DNA of 64,000 nucleotides from an uncultured Desulfobacterales bacterium (GCA_964430705.1 CAYSGJ010000178.1:2022-66021); one strand, 5' to 3'. Counted from the first letter of the stretch, positions 1 to 10,918 are shown. Notes: a model not told the origin generated them from the letters alone. Numbers and translations: made by a program.

Positions 1-1
1 T

Positions 2-1345
2 ATTTATGTGGCCGATGTCTTGAACAACTACCATGAATTCGAAAAGCTCATGCAGTCGTCCGGCGATGAAGAAGAAGCGGCGCCCGACGAAATGCACGAA
101 AATGGAAAGCCTCCTCCCCTGGATATGGGTTTTTTGATCGAAGAACTTCTCCACGAGGGCCAGGAAATCATGGCCCAGGCCTCCAAGGCCCCCATCGGCA
201 ACAAGGGCGCCAGGATTACCTCCAGAATATCCCTGCCCGGTCGCCTTTTGGTTCTGATGCCCACGACAAGCCACATCGGCGTGTCGCGGCGCATTGAGGA
301 TGAGAACGAACGCAGGCGGCTGAAAGAAGCCCTGGCGAGTATCAGGCCGGACAACTACGGCTTCATCGCACGGACCGTTAGCGAGGGGGCCAGTACGGAA
401 AAGCTGGCCAGTGAAATGGACTTCCTGGTGTCTTTATGGGAGGAAATCCAAAAGAAAAACGCCCACGCTCCAGTACCCAGCCTTTTGCATAAAGAGCTGA
501 ATGTAACTTTGCGGGCCGTACGAGACCTATTCACCCAGGAAGTGGATAAACTGGTCATCGATTCGAAGGCCGGGTATAACGAGATCCTCCAATTCCTGGA
601 CACCTTTATGCCGAAGCTTAAGGACTCTGTGGAGTTGTATGAGGACCCCGAACCCATCTTTGATGCCTGCAATCTCGAATCGGAGATCTCCCGCGCCTTG
701 AAGAAAAAGGTTTGGCTCAAGTCGGGCGGATATATCGTTATTGAGCACACCGAAGCCCTGGTCGCAGTAGACGTGAACACCGGCAGATTCGTGGGTAAAC
801 ACAATCTGGAAGAGACCATTCTCAAAACCAATTTGGAAGCTGTCAAGGAAATCGCCTATCAGATGAGATTGCGCGACATCGGTGGACTGATTATCATCGA
901 TTTTATTGATATGGAGAAAAAGTCCAATCGGGAAAGGGTGTCCAATGCGCTCAAGGATGCCGTCAAGATGGATCGCAGCAAGACCAACGTATTGCCCATG
1001 TCGGAACTCGGGCTCATCGAAATGACCAGAAAAAGGACTAGGGAGACCCTCAAGCGCATGCTTTGCGAGCCGTGTTTTTACTGTGAGGGAGAGGGCTACC
1101 TGCAGTCCAAGAGAACTATTTGTTACAATATCTATCGGGAAATGCGCAGAGAGTCCGGTGAGATGATGGGACACAGCGTTACCCTGAAGGTCCACCCGGA
1201 AACCGCAGAGCTCCTTTTGGGAGAAGAGCGGGGGGTTGTAGAGTCTCTGGAACGATGGTTAAAAAAAGAAATCATCATCCGTCCCGACCCCCAGTTTCAT
1301 CTCGAGCAGTGGGAGTGGTACGAAAAGTACAAAAAAAATGGTTGA
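2..1345 (+). CDS. Rne/Rng-family ribonuclease (RNase G-like), N-terminus outside window
   Basis: The frame is open to the window edge. RNase E/G catalytic-core motifs are present (VAVDVNTGRF, GGLIIIDFIDM, Zn-link CEPCFYCEGEGY). No S1 domain is seen, so the start lies upstream. Confidence 0.85.
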   Translation: MYVADVLNNYHEFEKLMQSSGDEEEAAPDEMHENGKPPPLDMGFLIEELLHEGQEIMAQASKAPIGNKGARITSRISLPGRLLVLMPTTSHIGVSRRIEDENERRRLKEALASIRPDNYGFIARTVSEGASTEKLASEMDFLVSLWEEIQKKNAHAPVPSLLHKELNVTLRAVRDLFTQEVDKLVIDSKAGYNEILQFLDTFMPKLKDSVELYEDPEPIFDACNLESEISRALKKKVWLKSGGYIVIEHTEALVAVDVNTGRFVGKHNLEETILKTNLEAVKEIAYQMRLRDIGGLIIIDFIDMEKKSNRERVSNALKDAVKMDRSKTNVLPMSELGLIEMTRKRTRETLKRMLCEPCFYCEGEGYLQSKRTICYNIYREMRRESGEMMGHSVTLKVHPETAELLLGEERGVVESLERWLKKEIIIRPDPQFHLEQWEWYEKYKKNG

Positions 1346-1371
1346 CAATCCTGTTATTGAACCTTTATAAG
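1342..1371 (+). promoter_or_regulatory. sigma70-type promoter candidate for rplU-rpmA
   Basis: TTGACA (1342-1347), 18-nt spacer, TATAAG (1366-1371). It overlaps the ribonuclease stop codon and would give a ~235-nt leader. Confidence 0.4.
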
Positions 1372-1605
1372 AAATAGTTTATCCTGCGAGAGAAAATGGC
1401 GCAAGGTTCCGCCCCGGCTCGTGGGTATGTTTGCATTCGGAGTGCCTCAATAATCAGGTTTTTTCGGCCCAAATCAAGGCATGCCGACATTGTAACCGCA
1501 GAAATAGTGAAATAGTTTCTCGGGGCTGGGATTTGAGTACAACGCGGAAAGCGACGTTGAAAGTCCGTTTCAAGGGGAAGTCCTGCGTTGTAGAAAGGCG
1601 ATATC

Positions 1606-1920
1606 ATGTACGCGGTAATATCTACAGGGGGAAAACAATACCGGGTGGCCGAGGGGCAAACGGTTAGGGTGGAAAAAGTCCCTGGTGATGTAGGCACGTC
1701 GGTGTCTTTTGACCGAGTCCTTATGCTTTCCGATGGGCAGGTGGTGAAAGTTGGACAGCCGATCGTTCAGGGAGCATCGGTCAGTGGCCGCATTGTAGAA
1801 CAAGGCAAGGCCAAAAAAATCATCGTTTTTAAATTCAAACGGCGAAAACGCTACCGAAAAAAGCGTGGTCATAGGCAACACTTTACCGCCCTGAAGATCG
1901 ACAAGATTTTGGCGGGGTAG
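1606..1920 (+). CDS. rplU: 50S ribosomal protein L21
   Basis: 104 aa with the typical L21 N-terminus MYAVISTGGKQYRV. Sits directly upstream of L27. Confidence 0.97.
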   Translation: MYAVISTGGKQYRVAEGQTVRVEKVPGDVGTSVSFDRVLMLSDGQVVKVGQPIVQGASVSGRIVEQGKAKKIIVFKFKRRKRYRKKRGHRQHFTALKIDKILAG

Positions 1921-1947
1921 ATCACTTTACAGAGGAGTCAAGAGACC

Positions 1948-2211
1948 ATGGCACATAAAAAAGCAGGCGGCAGTTCAAGGAATGGCAGGGATAGTGCCGG
2001 TCAGAGGCGGGGGGGAAAGTGTTTTGGCGGACAGACCGTTTCCGCCGGAAGCATTCTGGTTCGACAACTTGGCACCAAGGTTCATGCCGGAGACAACGTC
2101 GGCACAGGCAAAGACTATACACTTTTCGCCAAAAAAGACGGTGTCGTCACGTATGAACGCATGGGACGCAGCAGAAAAAGGGTGAGCGTATATCCCGCGG
2201 CAACGGTGTAG
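1948..2211 (+). CDS. rpmA: 50S ribosomal protein L27
   Basis: 87 aa, [16 protein letters not shown]...G..I.VRQ.GTK.H.G.NVG, the canonical L27 sequence. Confidence 0.97.
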   Translation: MAHKKAGGSSRNGRDSAGQRRGGKCFGGQTVSAGSILVRQLGTKVHAGDNVGTGKDYTLFAKKDGVVTYERMGRSRKRVSVYPAATV

Positions 2212-2443
2212 GTGCTTGAAAACGTCAAGGCCCGGGCCGTCATATCCGGGGGTCCGAGTCAAAAAAATCGACCCTATCAGTCCCGCAATATTTGTCCTTG
2301 AACACATTCTATCAAGAAGCCCTTCCTGCCCAAAGTTGTTCGGAAAAAACCGGTTTGAATGTATTCCGCCTGACATTTTCTAAAGCTGTCCCTCCCTTTT
2401 TACCGTTCCAGAGAACACCCGAAAACCATTGCGAGTGGTTCTG

Positions 2444-3481
2444 ATGAAATTCATAGACGAAGCGCTCATCACCGTAGAGGCCGGGCACGGCGGCAATGGC
2501 TGCATAAGCTTTCGACGGGAGAAATATGTGCCCAAAGGCGGCCCGGATGGGGGCGACGGGGGAAGGGGGGGCGATGTCATCCTTAAAGCATCGTCCCGCA
2601 AAAACACACTCCGGGACTTCCAATTCAAAAGGCACTTCAAGGCTCAAAAAGGAGCCCATGGTCGGGGGAAAAAACAGGCGGGAAAAGGCGGCAAAGACCT
2701 GATCATCGCCGTGCCTCCAGGTACCTTGGTCCAAGATGCTGAAACCGGCGATCTTCTCAAGGACCTGGCCACCCCGGACCAGTCATGCCGCGTGGCCCGC
2801 GGTGGCCGCGGAGGTTTGGGAAACGCCCGGTTTGTCTCTTCCACAAACAGGGCCCCGAGACATGCCGGGCAAGGCGAGCCTGGACAAAGCCGGGCCCTCA
2901 AGCTGGAGCTGAAACTTCTTGCCGATGTCGGTGTTATAGGCCTTCCCAATGCGGGTAAATCAACTTTTATTTCAAGAGTTTCCTCTGCCCGGCCCAAAAT
3001 CGCCGACTATCCCTTCACGACCCTGAACCCTGTTCTGGGAGTGGTGGAACAAGAGAAAAGCGAACCTTTTGTCGTTGCAGATATTCCAGGTCTCATTGAA
3101 GGCGCCCATCGGGGCGTCGGGCTGGGCACACGGTTTCTCAGGCATGTGGAGCGAACCCAAATTCTGCTCCATATGATCGCCCTTGCAGAATCGGCAGAAG
3201 CTGATCTGGTCGGCTCCTACCATATCATCAACCGGGAATTGGAACGCTTCAGCCCCAAGCTGGCCAATAAATACCAGGTAATCGCCCTGAACAAGGCGGA
3301 CATCGCGGAAGGCCGCGCCCTTGCACAAAAAACCGTGGAAGCGCTCAAACCTTTCCATGCGGACGTCTGGATCATTTCCGCGCTTACGGCAGAAGGCGTG
3401 GATGATTTGATGGTGCATCTCGGCAAGCTTGTGGAAGAAGGCCGCGGAGTCCGAGACGAACGGAAGGATGGGATGACGTAA
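2444..3481 (+). CDS. obg: GTPase Obg/CgtA
   Basis: Obg-fold N-terminus MKFIDEA...GGNGCISFRREKYVPKGGPDGGDGGRGG. G1 motif GLPNAGKST and G3 DIPGLIEGA are present. ATG at 2444 is chosen over the longer ORF start. Confidence 0.95.
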   Translation: MKFIDEALITVEAGHGGNGCISFRREKYVPKGGPDGGDGGRGGDVILKASSRKNTLRDFQFKRHFKAQKGAHGRGKKQAGKGGKDLIIAVPPGTLVQDAETGDLLKDLATPDQSCRVARGGRGGLGNARFVSSTNRAPRHAGQGEPGQSRALKLELKLLADVGVIGLPNAGKSTFISRVSSARPKIADYPFTTLNPVLGVVEQEKSEPFVVADIPGLIEGAHRGVGLGTRFLRHVERTQILLHMIALAESAEADLVGSYHIINRELERFSPKLANKYQVIALNKADIAEGRALAQKTVEALKPFHADVWIISALTAEGVDDLMVHLGKLVEEGRGVRDERKDGMT

Positions 3482-4656
3482 TGACCGAAAAAAAGAAACG
3501 TGTGCAAATGCGACAAAATTTGTTTAACCATGTGCAGCGCGCGGTTATCAAGGTCGGCACCGGGGTACTGACCGGGGAAAAGGACCTGAACCTAAGGGTT
3601 ATCAGCGCCCTGGCCCGCCAGATATCATGGCTTATGAGCGAAGGCTGCGAGGTGATTCTGGTCAGCTCAGGCGCTATCGGCTCAGGAATCAAAAAATTGG
3701 GGCTGAAAGAAAAACCTGTCAGAATCCCGGAAAAACAGGCCGCTGCCGCCGTAGGACAACCCAGTCTCATGCAAGCTTATGAAAGGGCTTTCGGCCGGCA
3801 CAAAAGGCAAGTAGGCCAGATACTTCTGACGCGAGACGATCTGTGCAATCGAAAACGCTATCTGAATGCGCGCAATACCTTGAACGTGTTGTTGGACTGG
3901 GGCATTCTGCCCATCATCAACGAGAATGACACCGTTGTCGTGGATGAACTGAAATTTGGAGACAACGACAATCTTTCCGCCATGATCACGCATCTGATGG
4001 AGGCCCAGGTTCTCATCAGCTTGACCGATACAGACGGTCTCTACGACAAGGACCCCAGAGATCATGATGATGCCGCCCTGTTGCCTTTGGTCGCCAAGAT
4101 CAATCGCTCCCTCGAGCTCGCCGCCCATCACAGTCCCGGGGCCCTGGGAACCGGAGGCATATTGAGCAAAATAGAAACGGCAAAAAAGGTCACCAAAAGT
4201 GGTATCCCCATGATTATTGCCAATGGTCTGAAGTCCAACATCGTGAAGGAACTTTTCGAGGGAAAAGACAGAGGGACCCTTTTTTTGCCTCAACCGGAGA
4301 AAATGACATGCAGAAAGTGTTGGATAGCCTTTACCCTAAAAGAGAAGGGTGTTATTAAAGTGGACCGGGGCGCTGCCAAGGCCATCTGCAATCAGGGCAA
4401 AAGCCTTCTGCCCATCGGTATTACGGACGTGGAAGGAGATTTTCGCAAAGGGGCCATGGTCAATTGTGTCGATCCCGACGGCGTTGCCTTTGCCAAGGGA
4501 CTGGTCAATTACAAGGCGGCTGAAATCAGAAAACTGGCGGGACTGAAAACCAGTGAAATTGAAAAATGCCTGGGATACAAACCCTATGATGAAATCATCC
4601 ACCGAGATAATCTTGTCATGACCACAGACGAAATGGAGGCATTGGCATGTCAATAG
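3481..4656 (+). CDS. proB: glutamate 5-kinase with C-terminal PUA domain
   Basis: Amino-acid-kinase fold ([25 protein letters not shown]) plus a PUA-like C-terminus. 1-nt overlap with the obg stop, and followed by proA. Confidence 0.95.
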   Translation: MTEKKKRVQMRQNLFNHVQRAVIKVGTGVLTGEKDLNLRVISALARQISWLMSEGCEVILVSSGAIGSGIKKLGLKEKPVRIPEKQAAAAVGQPSLMQAYERAFGRHKRQVGQILLTRDDLCNRKRYLNARNTLNVLLDWGILPIINENDTVVVDELKFGDNDNLSAMITHLMEAQVLISLTDTDGLYDKDPRDHDDAALLPLVAKINRSLELAAHHSPGALGTGGILSKIETAKKVTKSGIPMIIANGLKSNIVKELFEGKDRGTLFLPQPEKMTCRKCWIAFTLKEKGVIKVDRGAAKAICNQGKSLLPIGITDVEGDFRKGAMVNCVDPDGVAFAKGLVNYKAAEIRKLAGLKTSEIEKCLGYKPYDEIIHRDNLVMTTDEMEALACQ

Positions 4657-5903
4657 AACAAACAATTCGGAAAATGGCCCAAAAGGCCAAGGAGGCTGCC
4701 AAGGTCGTATCAATCCTGAACACCAACACAAAGAACCAGGCCCTGGAGCGGATCGCCCAGGGGCTTGTCGACGAAGCGGAAGTCATCAAAAAAGAAAACC
4801 AAAAGGATTTGGCCGAAGGAAAAGAAAAGGGGCTTTCAGCAGCCATGATTGACCGGCTCACGGTCAGTGATGCGGTCATCGAATCCATGGCAAAAGGGTT
4901 GCGTGATGTGGCGGCCCTTCGGGATCCCGTGGGAGAAGTGACCGGTATGTGGCTGAGACCCAATGGGCTGCAGGTCGGTCGGATAAGAATTCCTCTCGGC
5001 GTCATTGGGATGATCTACGAAGCCAGGCCGAACGCCACCGTGGATGCCGCCGGACTCTGTCTGAAAGCAGGCAATGCAGTGATTCTGCGAGGGGGCTCGG
5101 AGGCCTTTCATTCCAACACGGTGTTGGCACACATTATCCAACAAGCACTGGGGCGAACCGGAATTCCGGAAAAGGCGGCCCAGGTGGTTCCCGTCAGAGA
5201 GAGGGAAGCTGTCAATGCATTACTGGTTCAAGAAGATGCTGTTGATTTGATCATCCCCAGGGGCGGCGAAGGGCTGATCCGGTTTGTGGCTGAAAATTCG
5301 AAAATCCCGGTTCTCAAGCATTACAAAGGGGTGTGCCACGTATATGTAGATGACAGGGCGGATCTGGGCATGGCCGAAGAGATCGCATTCAACGCCAAGG
5401 TGCAACGGCCCGGGGTATGCAATGCCATGGAGACCCTGCTGGTGCACCGGGCCGTAGCCAAAGATTTTTTGCCCAACATGGCGAAACGGTTTGTCGATGC
5501 CGGGGTGGAACTTCGAGGATGTCCTGAAACCTGCCGAATGGTGGCCGAAGCCAAAGGAGCCGTTGAACAAGACTGGCCGGCTGAGTACCTTGACCTGATT
5601 CTTGCCGTGAAGGTCGTTTCCGGCATGGATGAGGCCACGAAACATATCGCCGAATACGGCTCCAATCACACGGAAGCCATCGTCACCTCGGACTATGACA
5701 AGGCCAGGAAATTCGTGCGAGAAGTAGACGCGTCCGTAGTTCTGGTAAACGCCTCCACACGGTTCAATGATGGTGGAGAACTCGGTCTCGGCGCTGAAAT
5801 CGGGATCAGTACGACCAAGCTCCATGCATATGGTCCCATGGGACTGGAAGAGTTGACCACCACCAAATTCATGGTCTTTGGCGCCGGACAGATCAGAACC
5901 TAG
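4647..5903 (+). CDS. proA: gamma-glutamyl phosphate reductase
   Basis: 418 aa aldehyde-dehydrogenase-type ProA ([29 protein letters not shown]). Overlaps the proB end by 10 nt. Confidence 0.95.
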   Translation: MSIEQTIRKMAQKAKEAAKVVSILNTNTKNQALERIAQGLVDEAEVIKKENQKDLAEGKEKGLSAAMIDRLTVSDAVIESMAKGLRDVAALRDPVGEVTGMWLRPNGLQVGRIRIPLGVIGMIYEARPNATVDAAGLCLKAGNAVILRGGSEAFHSNTVLAHIIQQALGRTGIPEKAAQVVPVREREAVNALLVQEDAVDLIIPRGGEGLIRFVAENSKIPVLKHYKGVCHVYVDDRADLGMAEEIAFNAKVQRPGVCNAMETLLVHRAVAKDFLPNMAKRFVDAGVELRGCPETCRMVAEAKGAVEQDWPAEYLDLILAVKVVSGMDEATKHIAEYGSNHTEAIVTSDYDKARKFVREVDASVVLVNASTRFNDGGELGLGAEIGISTTKLHAYGPMGLEELTTTKFMVFGAGQIRT

Positions 5904-5966
5904 ACATTTCCGCGCCGTAATTGAACGCCTCGTATCATCGTTGGGTCGGTTAACAATAACAAGGAA

Positions 5967-6617
5967 GTGCTTGTGCGCCTAGGCCTCTTCGGCGGGACTT
6001 TTAATCCTATACACATCGGACACCTTAGAGCGGCGGTGGAAGTCTGGGAGACTTTTGCCCTGGATAAGGTCATATGGATTCCTTCAGCCCACCCGCCCCA
6101 CAAGAGCGCCGACGCGCTTGCCAGCCCTCAGGACCGCCTTGAAATGGTGGGGCTGGCTATCGAGGGGACATCTTTTTTTGAACCCTCTGATGTGGAGATT
6201 GCACGTTCCGGTCCTTCCTACACCATAGAAACGCTGAAATACTTTCAAAAACAATACGGCGCCCAATCGGTCATCCACTTCATCGTGGGGATCGACGCTT
6301 TTTTAGAAATCACCACATGGAAATCATTTGAAGGCCTTTTTTCCACAGCCCATTTCATTGTGATGGCCCGTCCGGGAGCCACGGCAAAAAGCCTGGAAAG
6401 TTTCATCCTTGAACACCTCTCCAAGGAGTACCGACTCGACGGTTCGACCAATGCCTTCAGACACCCAAGGTGGTGCTCGATTTTCTATATCGACATCACC
6501 CGCCTGGACATTTCCGCCACAGAAACCAGAAAACGCATCCGCAAAGGCCGTTCCATCCGATTCCTGGTTCCCCGTGCTGTCGAACACTTCATTACAAGGA
6601 AAGGACTTTACCGATGA
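5967..6617 (+). CDS. nadD: nicotinate-nucleotide adenylyltransferase
   Basis: GGTFNPIHIGH nucleotidyltransferase motif and ISATETRKRI (ISST-type) C-terminal motif. Non-ATG start (GTG at 5967 or 5973). Confidence 0.9.
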   Translation: MLVRLGLFGGTFNPIHIGHLRAAVEVWETFALDKVIWIPSAHPPHKSADALASPQDRLEMVGLAIEGTSFFEPSDVEIARSGPSYTIETLKYFQKQYGAQSVIHFIVGIDAFLEITTWKSFEGLFSTAHFIVMARPGATAKSLESFILEHLSKEYRLDGSTNAFRHPRWCSIFYIDITRLDISATETRKRIRKGRSIRFLVPRAVEHFITRKGLYR

Positions 6618-6970
6618 CCAAAGGCGACGAGCTGGATGTTGCCTCATACGTCAAGGCTGTTCAAGGCATGAAAGCCCTGGACGTCGTGGTCCTGGACGTT
6701 CGCAAAGTGGCTTCCTTTGCCGACGGCTTCATCATTTGCAGCGGTCGTTCCCATCGGCAGGTCACCGCCATGGCCGAACATATTGAACAGGACCTTAAGG
6801 CTCAAGGGATAAGGCTCCTCGGCATGGAGGGACTTCGCGAGGGCCATTGGATTCTTATGGACTATGGAGACGTGATTATTCACATCTTTTACGAGCCTGT
6901 TCGGGTCTTTTACGACCTGGAAGGCCTCTGGTCAGATGCCAAGAGAATCGATCTCGGCGATGCGGGCTGA
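6614..6970 (+). CDS. rsfS: ribosomal silencing factor RsfS (iojap family)
   Basis: Internal ATG at 6614 forms an ATGA overlap with the nadD stop. Iojap motifs are present (DFIICSGRSHRQV, W.LMDYGDVIIHIF). nadD-rsfS synteny is typical. Confidence 0.85.
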   Translation: MTKGDELDVASYVKAVQGMKALDVVVLDVRKVASFADGFIICSGRSHRQVTAMAEHIEQDLKAQGIRLLGMEGLREGHWILMDYGDVIIHIFYEPVRVFYDLEGLWSDAKRIDLGDAG

Positions 6971-7045
6971 AAATAACGCGTCCGTTCACCATTATTTTTT
7001 TCCTGATAACCGTTTTTTTTTGAAAAGACACCGAACCGTTAAGAC

Positions 7046-8731
7046 ATGTCTGATTTGACCGAATCCGAAAAACACCTGTCGATTCCCGCCCTCGATCCGC
7101 AGGAGCTGATGGCCCTTCCAGGTAAAAAGGCGCTTGATGTCATCCTTGAATCACCCATGCCGGCTCGTCTGATCCAATCCCTGGCTGAAGAGGACTTTTT
7201 CTGGCTTGTGCAGGACATCGGCCCGGAGGATGCTCTTCCCATCCTTGCCCGGGCCACCAACGATCAATGGCAGTATCTCTTGGATATCGAGCTGTGGCAC
7301 AAGGACCGCTTGGCCAACGAGGCGGTAAGTCGTTGGCTCGATCTCCTTCTCAAAGCCGATCGCGAGAGATTTGTTACGTGGGGAATCCACAACAACCTGG
7401 ACCTGATTCAACTTCACCTTTTCAAAAACCTGGAAGTACGAATCAGGGAAGAAGAAGGTTCGGCTGAGGATTTTGGAGAAGGCTTTTTTTCGCTGGATAA
7501 CATTTTTTTCGTGCGGATAAAGGATGACAAAAACGATATTGCCATAAGACAGTTTCTGGAAGGTCTTGCCGCCCACGACCTGGAAAAATACCATCACATC
7601 CTGCTTGAAATGGGAGGGGTGCTTCCGGCGGAAACAGAAGAGAGCTTGTATCGACTCAGAAATACACGGTTGGCCGAAAAAGGCTTCTTCCCCTTTGAAG
7701 AGGCTGTCGGTATCTATCAGTACGTGAGCCCTCAACAACTTCTCGGCAAGGATTTCCAGAGTGTAAAACACATAAGACCCAGTGATATGCATCAGGTTGT
7801 GCCGGTCTCCAGTGCGCTTTACATCAATGATCATGGTCTGTTTTCGGGGGCACTGAAGCACATAGACAATGACCTCGCCTTGGAGCAGATCAGGATCGAA
7901 TTTGCCGCCCTTTGCAACCAAATACTTTCTGCAGACAGCCTTGTTGTCAGAGACAAAACGGACCTTGCAGCTATTGTGAAAAAGGCCTGTGGCTATTTAG
8001 ACATCGCTCTTGGGGAGCTGGCAGGAGCAGATCCTCAAAAAACGGTTGCCTTGTTGGAGAGGTTTGCCCTGAAAGATGTTTTTCGCGTAGGCTACGGTGT
8101 TGTCCTCCGGCTGAAGTGGAAAGCCGAAAAATGGATGGGGACCAGCTGGTTCACGAATATAGGATTCGGCCTCGATTTCTGGGAGGAAGAATGGGAGGCC
8201 ATGCTGGAAGGATTGTTACGGAAACGACCTGTTATGTATACCGACGTCTCCGATAGCAGTGAGCCGTACCGCGACTTTAGAAATCCGGATGAAATCAGAC
8301 AATGCGGCGAAAGCCTGAATGAAATCATGGCCGTGGATCATCTGCTGTCCCTGGTTTTTGCCGATCGCCCGCCAAAGCAATCCGATGGCATCGACCAAAC
8401 GGTAACCTATAAAAACCTGCTGCTGACACATTGGGCCGGGCACCACCTGGAGTTGACGCGGGAGGACCCGCCTTTGACCAATGCCCGGCTGCGGTCGTTT
8501 TTCAAAGACCTGTGGGCCGGAGGAATCAAACCCTATGTCATTAAACCAACCATGAAGGAAGGGTTCATCCGTTGGATCACGGCCAGGGCAGGCATAGCGC
8601 CCCTAAAGGTATCATCCTATCTCGAAAAAACGCTCTTCGGCCTTCTGGATGAACTTGAAAAAGAATATGGATCGGTATCACCGGAAGACCTGGATGCAAG
8701 ATACATAAGACATTTTCTTGTCATGTTGTAG
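7046..8731 (+). CDS. large conserved-looking hypothetical protein (561 aa)
   Basis: Long clean ORF with a balanced composition, acidic and helical-looking. I recognise no catalytic motif and no TM segment. Confidence 0.6.
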   Translation: MSDLTESEKHLSIPALDPQELMALPGKKALDVILESPMPARLIQSLAEEDFFWLVQDIGPEDALPILARATNDQWQYLLDIELWHKDRLANEAVSRWLDLLLKADRERFVTWGIHNNLDLIQLHLFKNLEVRIREEEGSAEDFGEGFFSLDNIFFVRIKDDKNDIAIRQFLEGLAAHDLEKYHHILLEMGGVLPAETEESLYRLRNTRLAEKGFFPFEEAVGIYQYVSPQQLLGKDFQSVKHIRPSDMHQVVPVSSALYINDHGLFSGALKHIDNDLALEQIRIEFAALCNQILSADSLVVRDKTDLAAIVKKACGYLDIALGELAGADPQKTVALLERFALKDVFRVGYGVVLRLKWKAEKWMGTSWFTNIGFGLDFWEEEWEAMLEGLLRKRPVMYTDVSDSSEPYRDFRNPDEIRQCGESLNEIMAVDHLLSLVFADRPPKQSDGIDQTVTYKNLLLTHWAGHHLELTREDPPLTNARLRSFFKDLWAGGIKPYVIKPTMKEGFIRWITARAGIAPLKVSSYLEKTLFGLLDELEKEYGSVSPEDLDARYIRHFLVML

Positions 8732-8749
8732 CATCTTGTCCTCGAATGT

Positions 8750-9424
8750 ATGGATATAAGGAAATCGCACATGCCTGAAAAACAATATGTGATTGATGCC
8801 ATCACGGTAAACGAGTCCTGGCGGCTTTTCAAGATTCTTGCCGAGTTTGTCGACGGATTTGAAACCCTGGGGGACATTTATCCTTGCGTTTCGATTTTTG
8901 GCTCGGCCCGCATTGCCCCCGGCGAAAAACTCTACGAGAAGACCGTGATCATTGCAAAAAAACTCGCGGAGAACGGTTACAACATCACCACCGGAGGAGG
9001 CCCCGGCATTATGGAGGCCGCCAACAAGGGGGCAAGAGAAGGCGGGGCGAAGTCCGTCGGGCTCAACATTCACCTGCCCTTTGAACAGGCGCCAAATACT
9101 TATGCGGATATTACCCTTGAATTCAAATACTTTTTTGTCAGAAAAGTTATGCTCGTCAAATACGCCCAGGCATATATAGGCATGCCCGGCGGTTTTGGAA
9201 CACTGGACGAGATATTCGAGGCCATCACCCTCATCCAGACCAAACGCATCAAACCTTTTCCCGTAATCCTGGTCGGATCCGACTTCTGGGGACCGCTTTG
9301 GGAATGGGTCAAAAATCATGCCCTGAATGAAAAACTGGTTTCTCCCGAAGATCTTGAATTGGTAACCATTTTGGACGACCCTGATGAGGTGGTCAAGACG
9401 ATCAAGCGCAGGGTGATCGTTTAG
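8750..9424 (+). CDS. LOG-family / TIGR00730-type Rossmann protein (cytokinin riboside 5'-monophosphate phosphoribohydrolase-like)
   Basis: Hallmark motifs GGGPGIMEAANKGA and PGGFGTLDE. An alternative start lies at 8771. Confidence 0.85.
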   Translation: MDIRKSHMPEKQYVIDAITVNESWRLFKILAEFVDGFETLGDIYPCVSIFGSARIAPGEKLYEKTVIIAKKLAENGYNITTGGGPGIMEAANKGAREGGAKSVGLNIHLPFEQAPNTYADITLEFKYFFVRKVMLVKYAQAYIGMPGGFGTLDEIFEAITLIQTKRIKPFPVILVGSDFWGPLWEWVKNHALNEKLVSPEDLELVTILDDPDEVVKTIKRRVIV

Positions 9425-9625
9425 GCATGCCCAATCCAGCAGGCCTTTGTCGAATTCAAAACCTCTGACGGCATGATTCATGCTTGCAGTCAAGTCGGAA
9501 AATGGCCCAACGGGAGGCTACACCCCCCATTCGAATGGAAGCGCGCAGCAGCACGACCGTCTTCGGCTTTGAGGGAACACAACGTTACTGTTGCCGTCCC
9601 AAGCACCCAGTAAAGAACAAGAGCC

Positions 9626-10915
9626 ATGCTTGACGAAGTGATCGCCAATCCGGACCTACACCGATACGTTATCGCCTATAAACCCGGACATACCCTCATG
9701 GTGGAAGGCGATGACTCTCAGGACCTGTTCATTCTCGCGTCGGGACATCTGGATATTTTCAAGGGAAACAAAAAGATCTATGAGATGACCGAAAAGGGCG
9801 TCGTCTTTGGAGAAATGTCATTTCTTTTGGGAACCAAGAGGACAGCCACAGTCAAAGCGAAAACAGACGTGCGGGCCGTTCGTGTTCCTAAAGAAGAGGT
9901 CCCTTCTTTTCTGCGCCGATTTCCGGACGTGACCGAAGAAATCGCTAAGCTCCTGGCAAAACGGCTCGGAGAGGCCACCCAAGTCATTCACGGGCTTAAG
10001 GAGTTTTGCGACCAATTGCCGGACGCTGTTTTGCTCACGGACGAAAACGGCCGGATCCTGGCCTGGAATACGGCGGCAAAGACTCTGTACGGTCGAGACT
10101 GGGATCATACCACGGACAGATCCGTGGAAGACATCTGCGAAGATCCACAGATCTACCAGGCGCTTGTTGAGGAAGTAAAAAAGCAGTATTCAGTCCGGGA
10201 AAAAGTCCTTAGGATTCGCCACCCCGAAAACGGGATTCGGTTTGTGTCCACAAGCACGACGCTCCTTTATGATGGGCATCACAATTTTAAGGGCGTCCTG
10301 TCGTTGGGTCGGGATGTAACGGCGGTCCAAAAACTGGAAAAAAGATATCGCAGAATTCGCAACTGGATGATCCCGTTATTCATGGTTCTGGTCCTTGGCG
10401 CCACGGTCGCTTTCTTTGGCCGTCCCGTGAATATGGACGCAATAAACCCGACATTGCACAATCAATTGGCCAAGGACTATGTTTTACTCAAGTCATTGCT
10501 CAGCAATCACTTTGCCGCAGGCGATGTGTCCAAAACGCGCCGGTTAATGAAGGAATTCTTCCATATTCAGGATATTGCCTCTGTTCCCTATAAGGGCCTT
10601 GTCCTGCTGGACAAAGACAAAAAAGTCTTTAATGCCTATTCCACGAACAAACAGCAGCCGGACGGCATCATAGGGGACAGCTATGCCGGCATTGCATTTC
10701 GGGGTCCGGAGAAGTCCATTCACAAAGTACTCATCCTTTACCGAGCGACCACAGACCATCCCATGGGCTCCAAAGGGTTGGAAATCGCCTTCGAGCTGCC
10801 GTGGGGTAACCAACTGCTGGGCTGGCTTGTATTCCAGATGGACGTCGACAAGCTGGCAAAAATCTATAAACTCGACGAAAACGCTCTTCAACGATTTTAC
10901 TTTAAAGAATCCTGA
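9626..10915 (+). CDS. cyclic-nucleotide-binding + PAS protein with one TM helix and a C-terminal extracytoplasmic domain
   Basis: cNMP motif FGEMSFLLGTKRTATVKA. PAS-like block DAVLLTDENGRILAWNTAAKTLYG. TM segment MIPLFMVLVLGATVAFFG, then ~150 aa with no enzymatic output domain. Confidence 0.75.
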   Translation: MLDEVIANPDLHRYVIAYKPGHTLMVEGDDSQDLFILASGHLDIFKGNKKIYEMTEKGVVFGEMSFLLGTKRTATVKAKTDVRAVRVPKEEVPSFLRRFPDVTEEIAKLLAKRLGEATQVIHGLKEFCDQLPDAVLLTDENGRILAWNTAAKTLYGRDWDHTTDRSVEDICEDPQIYQALVEEVKKQYSVREKVLRIRHPENGIRFVSTSTTLLYDGHHNFKGVLSLGRDVTAVQKLEKRYRRIRNWMIPLFMVLVLGATVAFFGRPVNMDAINPTLHNQLAKDYVLLKSLLSNHFAAGDVSKTRRLMKEFFHIQDIASVPYKGLVLLDKDKKVFNAYSTNKQQPDGIIGDSYAGIAFRGPEKSIHKVLILYRATTDHPMGSKGLEIAFELPWGNQLLGWLVFQMDVDKLAKIYKLDENALQRFYFKES

Positions 10916-10918
10916 TCT

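Noticed and set aside
1553-1600. GAAAGTCC / GGAAGTCC strings reminiscent of the RNase P RNA conserved core
   Set aside because: The intergenic region is only ~260 nt, and the other universally conserved RNase P blocks are absent.
8678-9493. 271-aa minus-strand ORF
   Set aside because: It is antisense to the LOG-family gene, which carries the diagnostic GGGPGIMEA and PGGFGTLDE motifs. This is a shadow ORF.
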